Shown here: positions 1-8,210 of the stretch, piece after piece | Layout of the letters: the number at the start of each line of letters is the position of its first letter | Position numbering within the stretch: the first letter of the stretch is position 1 | Source: an archaeon | Lineage (GTDB): Archaea > Iainarchaeota > Iainarchaeia > Iainarchaeales > Iainarchaeaceae | Reading direction: 5' to 3' | Length of the DNA stretch: 35,044 nucleotides | NCBI GenBank assembly: GCA_035289485.1 | Contig: DATDXA010000063.1 | Location: forward strand, 1 to 35,044 | Notes under the pieces: model-generated | Told to the model about the DNA's origin: nothing | Databases searched by the model: none | The model's input: the letters and a program-made list of their open reading frames with translations, nothing else | Made by a program: the position numbers and the translations under genes

Positions 1-1
1 T

Positions 2-154
2 GCTAGGCAGGTTCGCGAAGCGGCAATTGTTGGCGCGGACATTGCAACAATGCCATTTGGCGTGTTCAAAGAGCTTATGGGGCACAGGCTCACGCGCGAG
101 GGAATGAAAAAGTTCACGGAAGATACGCCGGAAGAATTCAGAAAGCTGGTTTAG
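2..154 (+). CDS. tal: Transaldolase (TalC/FSA family), C-terminal fragment; 5' end outside window
   Basis: Not in the ORF track. Frame 2 translates to ARQVREAAIVGADIATMPFGVFKELMGHRLTREGMKKFTED...KLV*, matching the short-transaldolase C-terminus (GADIAT.P...H.LT..G...F..D). It lies directly upstream of gnd. Confidence 0.88.
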   Translation, partial: ARQVREAAIVGADIATMPFGVFKELMGHRLTREGMKKFTEDTPEEFRKLV

Positions 155-182
155 ATTTTTGATTAATATTTTGCTAGAGGTG

Positions 183-1085
183 TTGCGGATAAGAATTGGT
201 TTCATCGGACTTGGAAAAATGGGCTCGCGCATGGCGCAGCACCTTCTTGAGAAGGGCCATGAGGTAGTTTTGTACGCACGCCACCCTGATGCAATGAAAG
301 GGCTTGTTGAAAAGGGAGCGATTTGCACAAACAGCTACGCCGAATTTGCGCTCCAACTTCAGGGGCAGAAAATAATACTGCTTATGGTAACGCACGGTAA
401 GCCGGTTGATGAAGTGCTGCAGGGGCTTTCACACTACTTTCTGAGCGGAGATATAGTAATCGATGGCGGGAATTCATTTTACAAGGATTCAATGGTGCGG
501 GCAAAGCTGCTTGCAAAGAAAGGGGTTTACTTTTTGGACGCGGGGACTTCAGGCGGCCTTGATGGCGCGCGCAACGGCGCTTCAATAATGATTGGCGGCG
601 ATGAGAAGGCCTACCGGATTGCAGAGCCTGTTTTCAAGGCGCTCGCAGTTGAGGACGGATATTCATACCTCGGGCCATCTGGCGCCGGGCATTTTGTGAA
701 AATGGTGCACAATGGAGTTGAGTACTCGCTTTTGCAGGCATATGGTGAAGGGTATGCACTTCTTGCAAAATCAAAATTCAAGCTTGATTTGCAAAAAGTC
801 ACAAAGGTTTACAGGCACGGCTCTGTGATTCGAAGCTGGCTTGTTGATTTACTTGCGCGCTCGCTTGAAATGGATCCGAAGCTTTCAAAAATTTCAGGAA
901 AAGTTGGCGGAGGAGATACCGGAAAGTGGACGCTTGCAAGCGCGAAAGAGCATAAAATCAAGATGCCGATTCTAAATGAAGCCATGAAGGCGCGCAAGCG
1001 CTCGCTCAAAAAAGGGGATTTTTCAACCAAGGTGGTTGCCGCGCTGCGCTACCAATTTGGCGGGCACGAAGAGCCAAAGAAGTGA
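183..1085 (+). CDS. gnd: 6-phosphogluconate dehydrogenase, decarboxylating (short ~300-aa type)
   Basis: Motifs GFIGLGKMG, IDGGNS, DAGTSGG, GHFVKMVHNGVEY, SVIRSWL, ALRYQFGGH. Start uncertain: TTG 183, or ATA 189 after GAGGTG at 177-182. Confidence 0.95.
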   Translation: MRIRIGFIGLGKMGSRMAQHLLEKGHEVVLYARHPDAMKGLVEKGAICTNSYAEFALQLQGQKIILLMVTHGKPVDEVLQGLSHYFLSGDIVIDGGNSFYKDSMVRAKLLAKKGVYFLDAGTSGGLDGARNGASIMIGGDEKAYRIAEPVFKALAVEDGYSYLGPSGAGHFVKMVHNGVEYSLLQAYGEGYALLAKSKFKLDLQKVTKVYRHGSVIRSWLVDLLARSLEMDPKLSKISGKVGGGDTGKWTLASAKEHKIKMPILNEAMKARKRSLKKGDFSTKVVAALRYQFGGHEEPKK

Positions 1086-1092
1086 ACAAGAT

Positions 1093-1707
1093 ATGCCAAG
1101 AAAAATGCGCCCGGAAAATGTGCGGATTTTTCATGCATTGGTAAAACATTATACTAAACACCCACACATTAAGCATGATACAACCGCACTTCATAAACAG
1201 CATGCGCCTGGGGAAAACCTTGCGATATTTGAAAGAAGAACTGCGTTTACGGTAAATGCCGCAAGAAAAAAAGCTGCCCAAAATTTGGAACGTTTATGGG
1301 AAACCACTCCAGAATTACACGGTTCTACCTCCAAAGCAGATTTTGCAAGAGTCTATCCCGCAATTGAGCAATTTGGCCCTCCGAATCCAAGAACAGCTTT
1401 AACAACTCCTGGCGGAAAAAAATATCTGCCCTATGTCCCGAGGGGCAAGGGAATTTATTACAGAAATGGCGTGGTAACTGCAGTTTTGGAATTCATGATT
1501 GATCACCCTGGTGAGAGGCTGGTAACCGCTAACTTTGCGAGGCTGGCTAATGTTGATCCCGGCGACAGAAAACAAATGCAAAATTTGCATAGCGCCATAG
1601 ACATACTGGCGCGGCGCATTATGGAAGCAAGGCCAAATCTTGCAGTAGTCAGAAAAAGAGGCGGTTCACATTTCAATGGGAAAAGGCGCAGAAATAGGCT
1701 GCACTGA
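1093..1707 (+). CDS. Orphan basic protein inserted in the PPP operon
   Basis: ATG 7 nt after the gnd stop (MPRKMRP...); fills the gnd-pgl gap; Arg/Lys-rich ends; no family recognised. Confidence 0.7.
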   Translation: MPRKMRPENVRIFHALVKHYTKHPHIKHDTTALHKQHAPGENLAIFERRTAFTVNAARKKAAQNLERLWETTPELHGSTSKADFARVYPAIEQFGPPNPRTALTTPGGKKYLPYVPRGKGIYYRNGVVTAVLEFMIDHPGERLVTANFARLANVDPGDRKQMQNLHSAIDILARRIMEARPNLAVVRKRGGSHFNGKRRRNRLH

Positions 1708-1741
1708 ATGTTTTAAGTAACTTAAACTACTCATTATAGAA

Positions 1742-2416
1742 ATGCTCAAAACATTTCACTGCAAAGATTTCAATGAAATGAGTGAAAAGGCCGCGGATTT
1801 GGTTTTGCAGGAAATTCTTGGCGCAAAAAAACAGGTTGCAATGGCAATTTCTGGCGGGAATTCGGTTACCGGGCTTCTTAAAGTGCTTGCTGAGAAGAAA
1901 ACAGGACTGCAGGGAGTGAACGCATTCATGGCAGATGAGCGCCTTGTGAGCGCAACGGATCCGGAAAGCAATTACAGGCAGGCAAATGAGCTGCTTTTTT
2001 CAAAAGTTCCTGGAATTCACGGATTTCCCTTTGATATGAAAGAAGGAATCGATGATTACAACCGCAAATTCCTGATTGTAACCAAAGGCAAATTCGATAT
2101 GCTGGTGCTTGGAGTAGGAGAGGACGGGCACATTGCTTCGCTTTTTCCGAACAATCCCGCCCTCAAGAGCGGCGAGGACGGATACATTCCGGTGCACGAT
2201 TCCCCAAAGCCTCCGAATAAGAGAATCACGCTCTCGCATGAAGCTATTTTGAATGCAGGCTCGGTGATTTTGCTCTTTGCTTCGGATTCAAAGAGGGAAG
2301 CATATGGAAAATTTGTTGATGCGGCTGTGCGCGAAGCGGACTGCCCCGCAAAAATAGCCTTAAAAGCGAAACGAACTTTTGTCTTTACAGTATTTGGTGA
2401 ATTGGATGCAAAATAA
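1742..2416 (+). CDS. pgl: 6-phosphogluconolactonase
   Basis: Motifs ISGGNS, DERLV...SNY, GVGEDGHIASLFP, PKPPNKRITLS; lies between gnd and zwf. Confidence 0.92.
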   Translation: MLKTFHCKDFNEMSEKAADLVLQEILGAKKQVAMAISGGNSVTGLLKVLAEKKTGLQGVNAFMADERLVSATDPESNYRQANELLFSKVPGIHGFPFDMKEGIDDYNRKFLIVTKGKFDMLVLGVGEDGHIASLFPNNPALKSGEDGYIPVHDSPKPPNKRITLSHEAILNAGSVILLFASDSKREAYGKFVDAAVREADCPAKIALKAKRTFVFTVFGELDAK

Positions 2417-3830
2417 TTTCTCATTTATCATACTTGGAGCGACTGGGGATCTGGCGCAGAAAAAACTTTTCCCGGCGCTGCACGGGCTTCTCAAAATGAA
2501 GCGCCTTGGGGATGACTTTTTCGTTGTGGGCGCCGGAAGAAAAGATTACGCACGTGAAGCATTTGTTGAAGAAGTCAAAAAAAACATTCCAAAAATAAAT
2601 GAGGAGGCTTGGGGAAAGCTCTCAGAGCGCATTTACTATTTTCAGCTTGATTTCGACCAGCCGGACAGCCAGTTTGTAAAACTTGGAGAATTTATTGCGC
2701 AGGCTGAAGAGAAGCACAACACAAAAGGCAACAGGCTTTTTTACCTTGCCACATTGCCATCCCATTTCAAGGGAATTGCAGATAACATCAAGAAAAACGG
2801 CCTTGCAGAAACCAAGGAAGGCTGGTGCCGCGTTGTTTTTGAAAAGCCATTTGGCTCGGACCAGAAAAGCGCGCGCGAACTTAACAATACCCTGACAAAG
2901 GTCTTTGATGAGAAGCAAATTTACAGAATTGACCACTACCTTGGAAAGGAACTGGTGCAGAGCATAGGGATTTTGCGCGCGGGAAACAGGATTTTTTCCC
3001 CCATTTGGAACAAGGAAAATATCGACCACGTGCAGATTAACCTTATAGAAAATTTCGGGGTTGGCACGCGCGGGAATTTTTATGATACGCAAGGGGCGCT
3101 TAAAGATGTCGGGCAAAACCATCTTTTGCAGCTTCTTTGCCTCACCGCAATGGAAATTCCCACGCGCTTTGATGAGAAATGCATCAGAAATGAAAAGGTG
3201 AAAATTCTAAAGAAAGCGAAAATATCCAAAGATGATGTTGTATTGGGGCAGTATGAGGGGTATTTGGATGAGGTAGGCGTGAAGAAAGGCTCGCAAACCG
3301 AAACCTACTTTGCAATGAAGCTTTTGATAAACAACAGGCGCTGGAAAGGCGTTCCGTTCTATTTGCGCTCCGGAAAGAACCTTGACAAGAAATTTGCTTC
3401 CATTTACATAAGGTTTAAGGAGCCAAATTACACGGTGTTTGAAAACCAGCAGCTCAACCCGAACTATTTAGTGATTCAGATTCAGCCAGATGACGGGATG
3501 CTTGTGCAGCTAAACGGGAAAGTGCCGGGAGAGAAGATGAAGATTCAGCCAGTGAAGATGACTTTCTGCCACGAGTGCGCATTCGGGCCCAATACTCCGC
3601 AGGCATATGAAACGCTTTTGCATGAGGCGATTGCAGGGGACCAGAGCGCATTCATCCGCGCAGATGAAGTGGAATATTCATGGAAAGTGTTTGACAAAAT
3701 CACAAAGAAGAAGCCCGCGGTGCGCAAATATGCAAAAGGTTCTTCCGGCCCTAAAGAGGCCGAGGAAATGATTCAGAAGAACGGGCGCGAGTGGTTCAAC
3801 CGCGTTGAGAACGTGGTGCAGGGGCTGTGA
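2406..3830 (+). CDS. zwf: Glucose-6-phosphate 1-dehydrogenase (bacterial/eukaryotic type)
   Basis: Motifs GATGDLA, EKPFG, RIDHYLGKE, DVGQNHL, RWKGVPFYLRSGK. ATG 2406 follows GGTGA at 2396-2400 and overlaps the pgl end. Confidence 0.97.
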   Translation: MQNNFSFIILGATGDLAQKKLFPALHGLLKMKRLGDDFFVVGAGRKDYAREAFVEEVKKNIPKINEEAWGKLSERIYYFQLDFDQPDSQFVKLGEFIAQAEEKHNTKGNRLFYLATLPSHFKGIADNIKKNGLAETKEGWCRVVFEKPFGSDQKSARELNNTLTKVFDEKQIYRIDHYLGKELVQSIGILRAGNRIFSPIWNKENIDHVQINLIENFGVGTRGNFYDTQGALKDVGQNHLLQLLCLTAMEIPTRFDEKCIRNEKVKILKKAKISKDDVVLGQYEGYLDEVGVKKGSQTETYFAMKLLINNRRWKGVPFYLRSGKNLDKKFASIYIRFKEPNYTVFENQQLNPNYLVIQIQPDDGMLVQLNGKVPGEKMKIQPVKMTFCHECAFGPNTPQAYETLLHEAIAGDQSAFIRADEVEYSWKVFDKITKKKPAVRKYAKGSSGPKEAEEMIQKNGREWFNRVENVVQGL

Positions 3831-3832
3831 GG

Positions 3833-4315
3833 ATGAAACCGGTAAGCATCTATAGAACTAGACTGCTTAAATTGACTGGGCAGTATCAAAGAAAACACCC
3901 CGATTTTAAAGATAAAATCCCTGTCCCAGGAAGAATTGCGCTTGCAAAAAGAGTTGAATATGCAAAAAAAGCAACAAGGATTTTTCTTAATGATAGATAT
4001 TTGCATCAAATGTTATTCAGTTCTAAATTAGAGCAGTATGAAGGTACTAAAAGAATTGCCAGGTTTGTAATGAAACGATGCGCAGGAAACAAGCAAAAAG
4101 CTCGCGAATATGTCGAGTCACTTATAACTCAGTTGAATAATAGCGGGTTTACTGAAGAAGAAATAAAAAGCCTTTCCGCTTTACAAGGCATCAGTGAAGA
4201 AAAAATCGAGGAATTTGAAGGCGAAACAAAACACATGTCAGGGGCAGCTATGATGCTTGCGTTAAGCAGATTAGAAAGAGTCAGGCATGTTCTAAACAAG
4301 CAAGGTAAAATTTGA
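3833..4315 (+). CDS. Orphan basic protein
   Basis: ATG 2 nt after the zwf stop (or GTG 3827 overlapping it); AT-richer than neighbours; basic N-terminus. Confidence 0.7.
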   Translation: MKPVSIYRTRLLKLTGQYQRKHPDFKDKIPVPGRIALAKRVEYAKKATRIFLNDRYLHQMLFSSKLEQYEGTKRIARFVMKRCAGNKQKAREYVESLITQLNNSGFTEEEIKSLSALQGISEEKIEEFEGETKHMSGAAMMLALSRLERVRHVLNKQGKI

Positions 4316-4353
4316 AAACCCCGTCATTCTATTCCCTAGCACAATTAGAAAAA

Positions 4354-4506
4354 TTACTTTGACCCGGAGTGGTACTTTACAAATGCCCTTGCGGATTTTA
4401 TGAATTCCGGGTCCTTTCGGGCTTGCGCCATATCATTCACTACTTTTTTAAGCCTGGCAATATTTTTCCTCGAACGGCCTTCCTTCTCAACAGTTTGCTG
4501 ATACAT
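4354..4506 (-). CDS. Small hypothetical protein (~50 aa)
   Basis: ATG 4506 (MYQQTVEK...DPEFIKSARAFVKYHSGSK) downstream of pepA; the longer ORF-track start looks like intergenic sequence. Confidence 0.5.
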   Translation of the reverse strand: MYQQTVEKEGRSRKNIARLKKVVNDMAQARKDPEFIKSARAFVKYHSGSK

Positions 4507-4571
4507 CAAAAAACACTTCAATAATACCTGGATGCTGAAATATATAAAAGTAACTTCTTTGGCTCCATTAA

Positions 4572-5969
4572 TCATATCCGCTTAAGGAATTCAATCGCAA
4601 GCCGCAGCCCAAACCCAGTTCCATCCTTTGGCATGTAATCTTTTGGTTCGCAAATCATTGCAGTGCCCGCAACATCCAAATGTATGAATGGCACAGGGTC
4701 AGTGAATTTTGAGAGGAACGCGCCCCCGAAAATCGCGCCGTTGTTCCCGCTTTTTCCAAGAGAGCGGAAATCAGAGCGCTCGCCTGTGACCTCATCCAAA
4801 TATTCTTCCCACATTGGCATCTCCCAAACGCGCTCGTAAGTAGTTTGCCCCGCATCAAACATCTTTTCCCCGAACTCTTTCGAAGTTGACATCATCCCTG
4901 CCGCGTGCTCGCCAAGCGCGCGAACAATTGCGCCCGTAAGAGTTGAAAATTCAACAATCACTTTAGGAGTGTACTTCTTTGCGCCGTATGCAAGGGCGTC
5001 TGCAAGAATGAGGCGGCCTTCCGCATCGGTGTTTAGGTTCTCAACGGTTTTTCCGGAGTAGGATTTGATTATGTCCCCCGGCCTGTAAGCGCTTGTATCC
5101 ACAAGGTTCTCAACGCACACCATAATCCCAACAATGTTTTTCTTAAGCTTTAGTTCCGCTGCGGTTTTCATTATTCCAAGAACAGTTGCGGCTCCGGCCA
5201 TATCCATGCGCATTCCGAGCATGTAATCGCCGGTTTTAATATTGAGGCCGCCCGTATCAAAGCACACGCCTTTTCCAACGAAAAGAACCTTCTCCTTTGA
5301 GGAAGGGTTGCCATGGTATTCAATTGCAATGAGCCGCGGAGCCGCTGAACCTGCCTTTCCGACATTGAGAATTAGGTTCATTCCGAGTTTTTTTAGCTCG
5401 CGCTCGTGCAAAACATCTATCTTGAGCCTTGCCTTGCGTGAAATCCCTTTTGCAACCCTTTCAAGAAACTCAGGGGTAACAACATCGCTATTGTCCGAAA
5501 CCAGGTCCCGCACAATGAAAACATTCCTGCAGGCAACCGCCGCGGCGTGGATGAATTCTGAAAACTTCTTTGCGTATGGAGGGAAAGTGAACTTCTTCAC
5601 TCTCATCGGCCTTTCGGCTTCCTGCTTGTACTTATCAAATGAATAATTTGCAAGGTAGCCGCCCTCAAGAAGCGCAACGCAGTGCTCTGCGGAAAGGCCC
5701 TGAACGGAGAAATGAACCTCTGGGATTTTGTAAAATGAAGCGGCTTTGCACGCCCTTGCGGCGGCGCGCCTGTAATACTCAAGCTGGATTTTATCCCGCT
5801 CCCCAAGGCTTATTACAAATGCCTTTTTGTCAGGAAGAAAAATCGAATCGAATTTTTTTCCGGTAAAAGAATTCGGGATTTCTGAAAAAAGCTTCTTGTC
5901 GCCTTGGTATACAAGATGAACTAAAAGGCTGCCTTTTGTGTCTTCTGAAAAATCGTATTCTGCGTGCAT
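4572..5969 (-). CDS. pepA: Leucyl aminopeptidase (peptidase M17)
   Basis: Signature NTDAEGRL, plus GKGVCFDTGGLNIK, DMAGAA, TLTGA and HLDVAG. Confidence 0.96.
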   Translation of the reverse strand: MHAEYDFSEDTKGSLLVHLVYQGDKKLFSEIPNSFTGKKFDSIFLPDKKAFVISLGERDKIQLEYYRRAAARACKAASFYKIPEVHFSVQGLSAEHCVALLEGGYLANYSFDKYKQEAERPMRVKKFTFPPYAKKFSEFIHAAAVACRNVFIVRDLVSDNSDVVTPEFLERVAKGISRKARLKIDVLHERELKKLGMNLILNVGKAGSAAPRLIAIEYHGNPSSKEKVLFVGKGVCFDTGGLNIKTGDYMLGMRMDMAGAATVLGIMKTAAELKLKKNIVGIMVCVENLVDTSAYRPGDIIKSYSGKTVENLNTDAEGRLILADALAYGAKKYTPKVIVEFSTLTGAIVRALGEHAAGMMSTSKEFGEKMFDAGQTTYERVWEMPMWEEYLDEVTGERSDFRSLGKSGNNGAIFGGAFLSKFTDPVPFIHLDVAGTAMICEPKDYMPKDGTGFGLRLAIEFLKRI

Positions 5970-6025
5970 GATATAAAAAGAAAATCAAAGGATTTTTAAT
6001 GGATTCCACGGCCAAAAATCCTCTA

Positions 6026-7096
6026 ATGCCTCCTTTTAGCATCCAGCACACAAACGGCGCAGCAAGGGCAGGCACGCTTGCAACTGCGCACGGCAAAATA
6101 AAGACCCCATTTCTGATGCCTGTTGCAACCAAGGGTTCGGTCAAGCTCCTCTCGCACGAAGAGGTTGAAGACACAGGCACGCAGTGCATGATTGCGAACG
6201 CATTCATACTTTCAATGAAGCCAGGCACCGAAGTCATTGAAAAGCTAGGGGGATTGCACAAATTCATGCACTGGGACGGAGGTCTTTTCACGGATTCAGG
6301 AGGTTTTCAGGTTCTTAGCAAGGAATTCTGCCTTGCGCTAACTGAAAAGGGCGTGAAGTTTCGCAACCCGTTCACTGGAAAGTCCATGATTTATACTCCG
6401 GAAATGGCAATGGAAATACAAAACACGCTTGGAAGCGATGTTGCAATGTGCCTTGATGATGTTCCGAATGCCGGCGAGCCGCTTGAGAGGATAAAAGAGG
6501 CGGTGAGGCGTACGGGGGAGTGGGCGGCGCGCTGCAAGCAGGCTCACGCAAACAAAAAGCAGCTGCTCTTTGGGATTGCGCAGGGCGGCACGCACGAAAA
6601 ACTGCGAGAGCAGAGTACGAAGCAAATTATCGGGCTTGGGTTTGATGGTGTTGCACTCGGAGGCCTTTGCATTGGCGAGACAAAAAACAAAATGTATGAT
6701 GCAATCAAATCCTCAATCAGGCTGATTCCGCAGGAAACTCCTAGGTATTTGATGGGTGTTGGCTCTATTGAGGAGCTTGAGGGCGCAATTGCAATGGGTG
6801 TCGATTGCTTTGATTCGCGCTTTCCAACAATCACTGCAAGGCACGGGCGAGCGTTCAGTACAAAAGGAAACATCAACATTGATTCAGCGGTTCACAAAGA
6901 GGATTCGGCGCCGCTTGATGCGGAGTGCAAATGCTTTGTTTGCAAAAAGCACTCGCGCGCATACATCCACCATTTGTTCCGCACAAAAGAGGAGAATGCC
7001 GGCAAGTATTTGAGCTTTCATAATTTGTTTTTTGTGCAGCAGAGAATGGCGCAGATAAGGAAGCGCATTTCTGAAGGAAATTTTTTAAAAAAATAA
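6026..7096 (+). CDS. tgt: tRNA-guanine transglycosylase, short bacterial/queuine-type architecture
   Basis: Motifs TPFLMPVAT, TDSGGFQV, GIAQGG, YLMGVG, and Zn site CKCFVC...HN. About 356 aa with no PUA extension. Start ATG 6026 (or 5999). Confidence 0.93.
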   Translation: MPPFSIQHTNGAARAGTLATAHGKIKTPFLMPVATKGSVKLLSHEEVEDTGTQCMIANAFILSMKPGTEVIEKLGGLHKFMHWDGGLFTDSGGFQVLSKEFCLALTEKGVKFRNPFTGKSMIYTPEMAMEIQNTLGSDVAMCLDDVPNAGEPLERIKEAVRRTGEWAARCKQAHANKKQLLFGIAQGGTHEKLREQSTKQIIGLGFDGVALGGLCIGETKNKMYDAIKSSIRLIPQETPRYLMGVGSIEELEGAIAMGVDCFDSRFPTITARHGRAFSTKGNINIDSAVHKEDSAPLDAECKCFVCKKHSRAYIHHLFRTKEENAGKYLSFHNLFFVQQRMAQIRKRISEGNFLKK

Positions 7097-7098
7097 CA

Positions 7099-7824
7099 CT
7101 ACAAATATCTTACTTTTGATTTCCTTGCTGTGATGAGAACAAATGGCTGATTTTTAGTATCAAACTGCTCATATCTATTAAGAAGCAGCAAACCATCATG
7201 CGTTTCAAGGTTTTGTTCTGCCCTTTCTTTTAGTTTTACTTCTTTCAAGTAATCAAAAAGTTCTCTTCTAAAACTCTCTGAAGCTTGCGAACCATCACTC
7301 TGCTTAAGTTCATCTCGCCTATGCATAAATTCATCCAAAGTTTTAGCATTTTTTTCAGCCTGCGGGGTGCCGAGCCTTTTCACTTCCGCAGAAGCCATTG
7401 CTTTGGTTGTAACACCAAAGCCGTGCTGTGCAAGCTCTATTGAAATAAGTTTTCCATAGCCTTCTTCCTCTACCGTTTTGAATGTGGCTCCGGGCCTGAG
7501 TGTTCGCAATATTTGTTGGTATAATTCAACTCTTTGAGGGCGCGGAACATGCTGCAATAGGAAATGCGCATAGATATGGTCGAAACTATTTGGTTTTTCT
7601 GCCCGCAAAATATGCTGTGCCTCTAGCCCTGTTGCAATTTTCAAATTTGGAGGTATTTCAAAATGGCCTTGGCCATGCAAATATTCGCCGAGTGCACTTT
7701 TATTATGCACACGTAAATCGTTGGCAAAAAAGTTAACATCAGGATGCCTAAGCGCTAGGTCAACGGCCTTTTTCAAAATAGGCCCTTCGCCTAACCCTGC
7801 AACCCGCTTGATTTGCCTTGGCAT
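7099..7824 (-). CDS. Class I SAM-dependent methyltransferase-like orphan protein
   Basis: VAGLGEG (motif I-like), FFANDL, SFDHIYAHFLLQHV, ILRTLRPGATF; ATG 7824 (MPRQIKR). Confidence 0.65.
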   Translation of the reverse strand: MPRQIKRVAGLGEGPILKKAVDLALRHPDVNFFANDLRVHNKSALGEYLHGQGHFEIPPNLKIATGLEAQHILRAEKPNSFDHIYAHFLLQHVPRPQRVELYQQILRTLRPGATFKTVEEEGYGKLISIELAQHGFGVTTKAMASAEVKRLGTPQAEKNAKTLDEFMHRRDELKQSDGSQASESFRRELFDYLKEVKLKERAEQNLETHDGLLLLNRYEQFDTKNQPFVLITARKSKVRYL

Positions 7825-7885
7825 GCTATTGACATACCTTTCTGAGTTTATAATTTTTGCACTTTGCAAATATAATTAGATATAT

Positions 7886-8101
7886 CGCCCCCGCTGGGAT
7901 TCGAACCCAGGTCTCAAGCTCATTCCCAACCTTTTTCTTTTTCTTGGAAGAAAAAGAAAAACGTTGACGAAAAAGGAAAAAGAACAATTCCCGTTCCTTT
8001 TTCAACACTTTTCTTTTTCCCCAGGGTTTTTCTTTTCGTGTCAACGAAAAGAAAAAGGCTGGCCGGAAGCTCGCATACTATCCAGGCTATACTACGGGGG
8101 C
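7886..8101 (-). tRNA. tRNA-Arg(CCG) with canonical 37/38 intron (exons 8101-8063 and 7920-7886)
   Basis: Acceptor stem GCCCCCG/CGGGGGC with G73; D arm GTAT-AGCCTGGATA-GTAT; anticodon stem CGAGC/GCTTG with loop TT-CCG-G^A; T arm CTGGG-TTCGAAT-CCCAG. CCA is not encoded. Confidence 0.96.
7921..8062 (-). other. 142-nt archaeal tRNA intron with bulge-helix-bulge splice motif
   Basis: 5' side CGAGC|TTCC|GG^C|CAGCC pairs with 3' side GGTTG|GGAA|TG^A|GCTTG, giving a 4-bp central helix with two 3-nt bulges. Confidence 0.93.
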
Positions 8102-8210
8102 ATTACTAGATTGGCTTCGGAAAGCATTTAATCCTTCCAATTATACGGCTAAAATGCCCTTTGCATGCGCAGGGAAATGTTTTAAATATCCCGCAGGACT
8201 TATTTGTAAC

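Noticed and set aside
1036..1092. Programmed frameshift fusing gnd to the downstream orphan
   Set aside because: gnd ends with its normal FGGH C-terminus and the orphan has its own ATG at 1093.
6026..7096. Archaeosine TGT (ArcTGT)
   Set aside because: It lacks the C-terminal/PUA domains and has bacterial-type motifs, including the GGL..GE loop.
7826..8044. 72-aa minus-strand ORF
   Set aside because: It is a translation of the tRNA intron and 3' exon, low complexity, with no RBS.
7921..8062. CRISPR array or C/D-box guide RNA in the repeat-rich tract
   Set aside because: The repeats are inverted A/T tracts with no regular repeat-spacer period, and there are no RUGAUGA or CUGA boxes on the tRNA strand.
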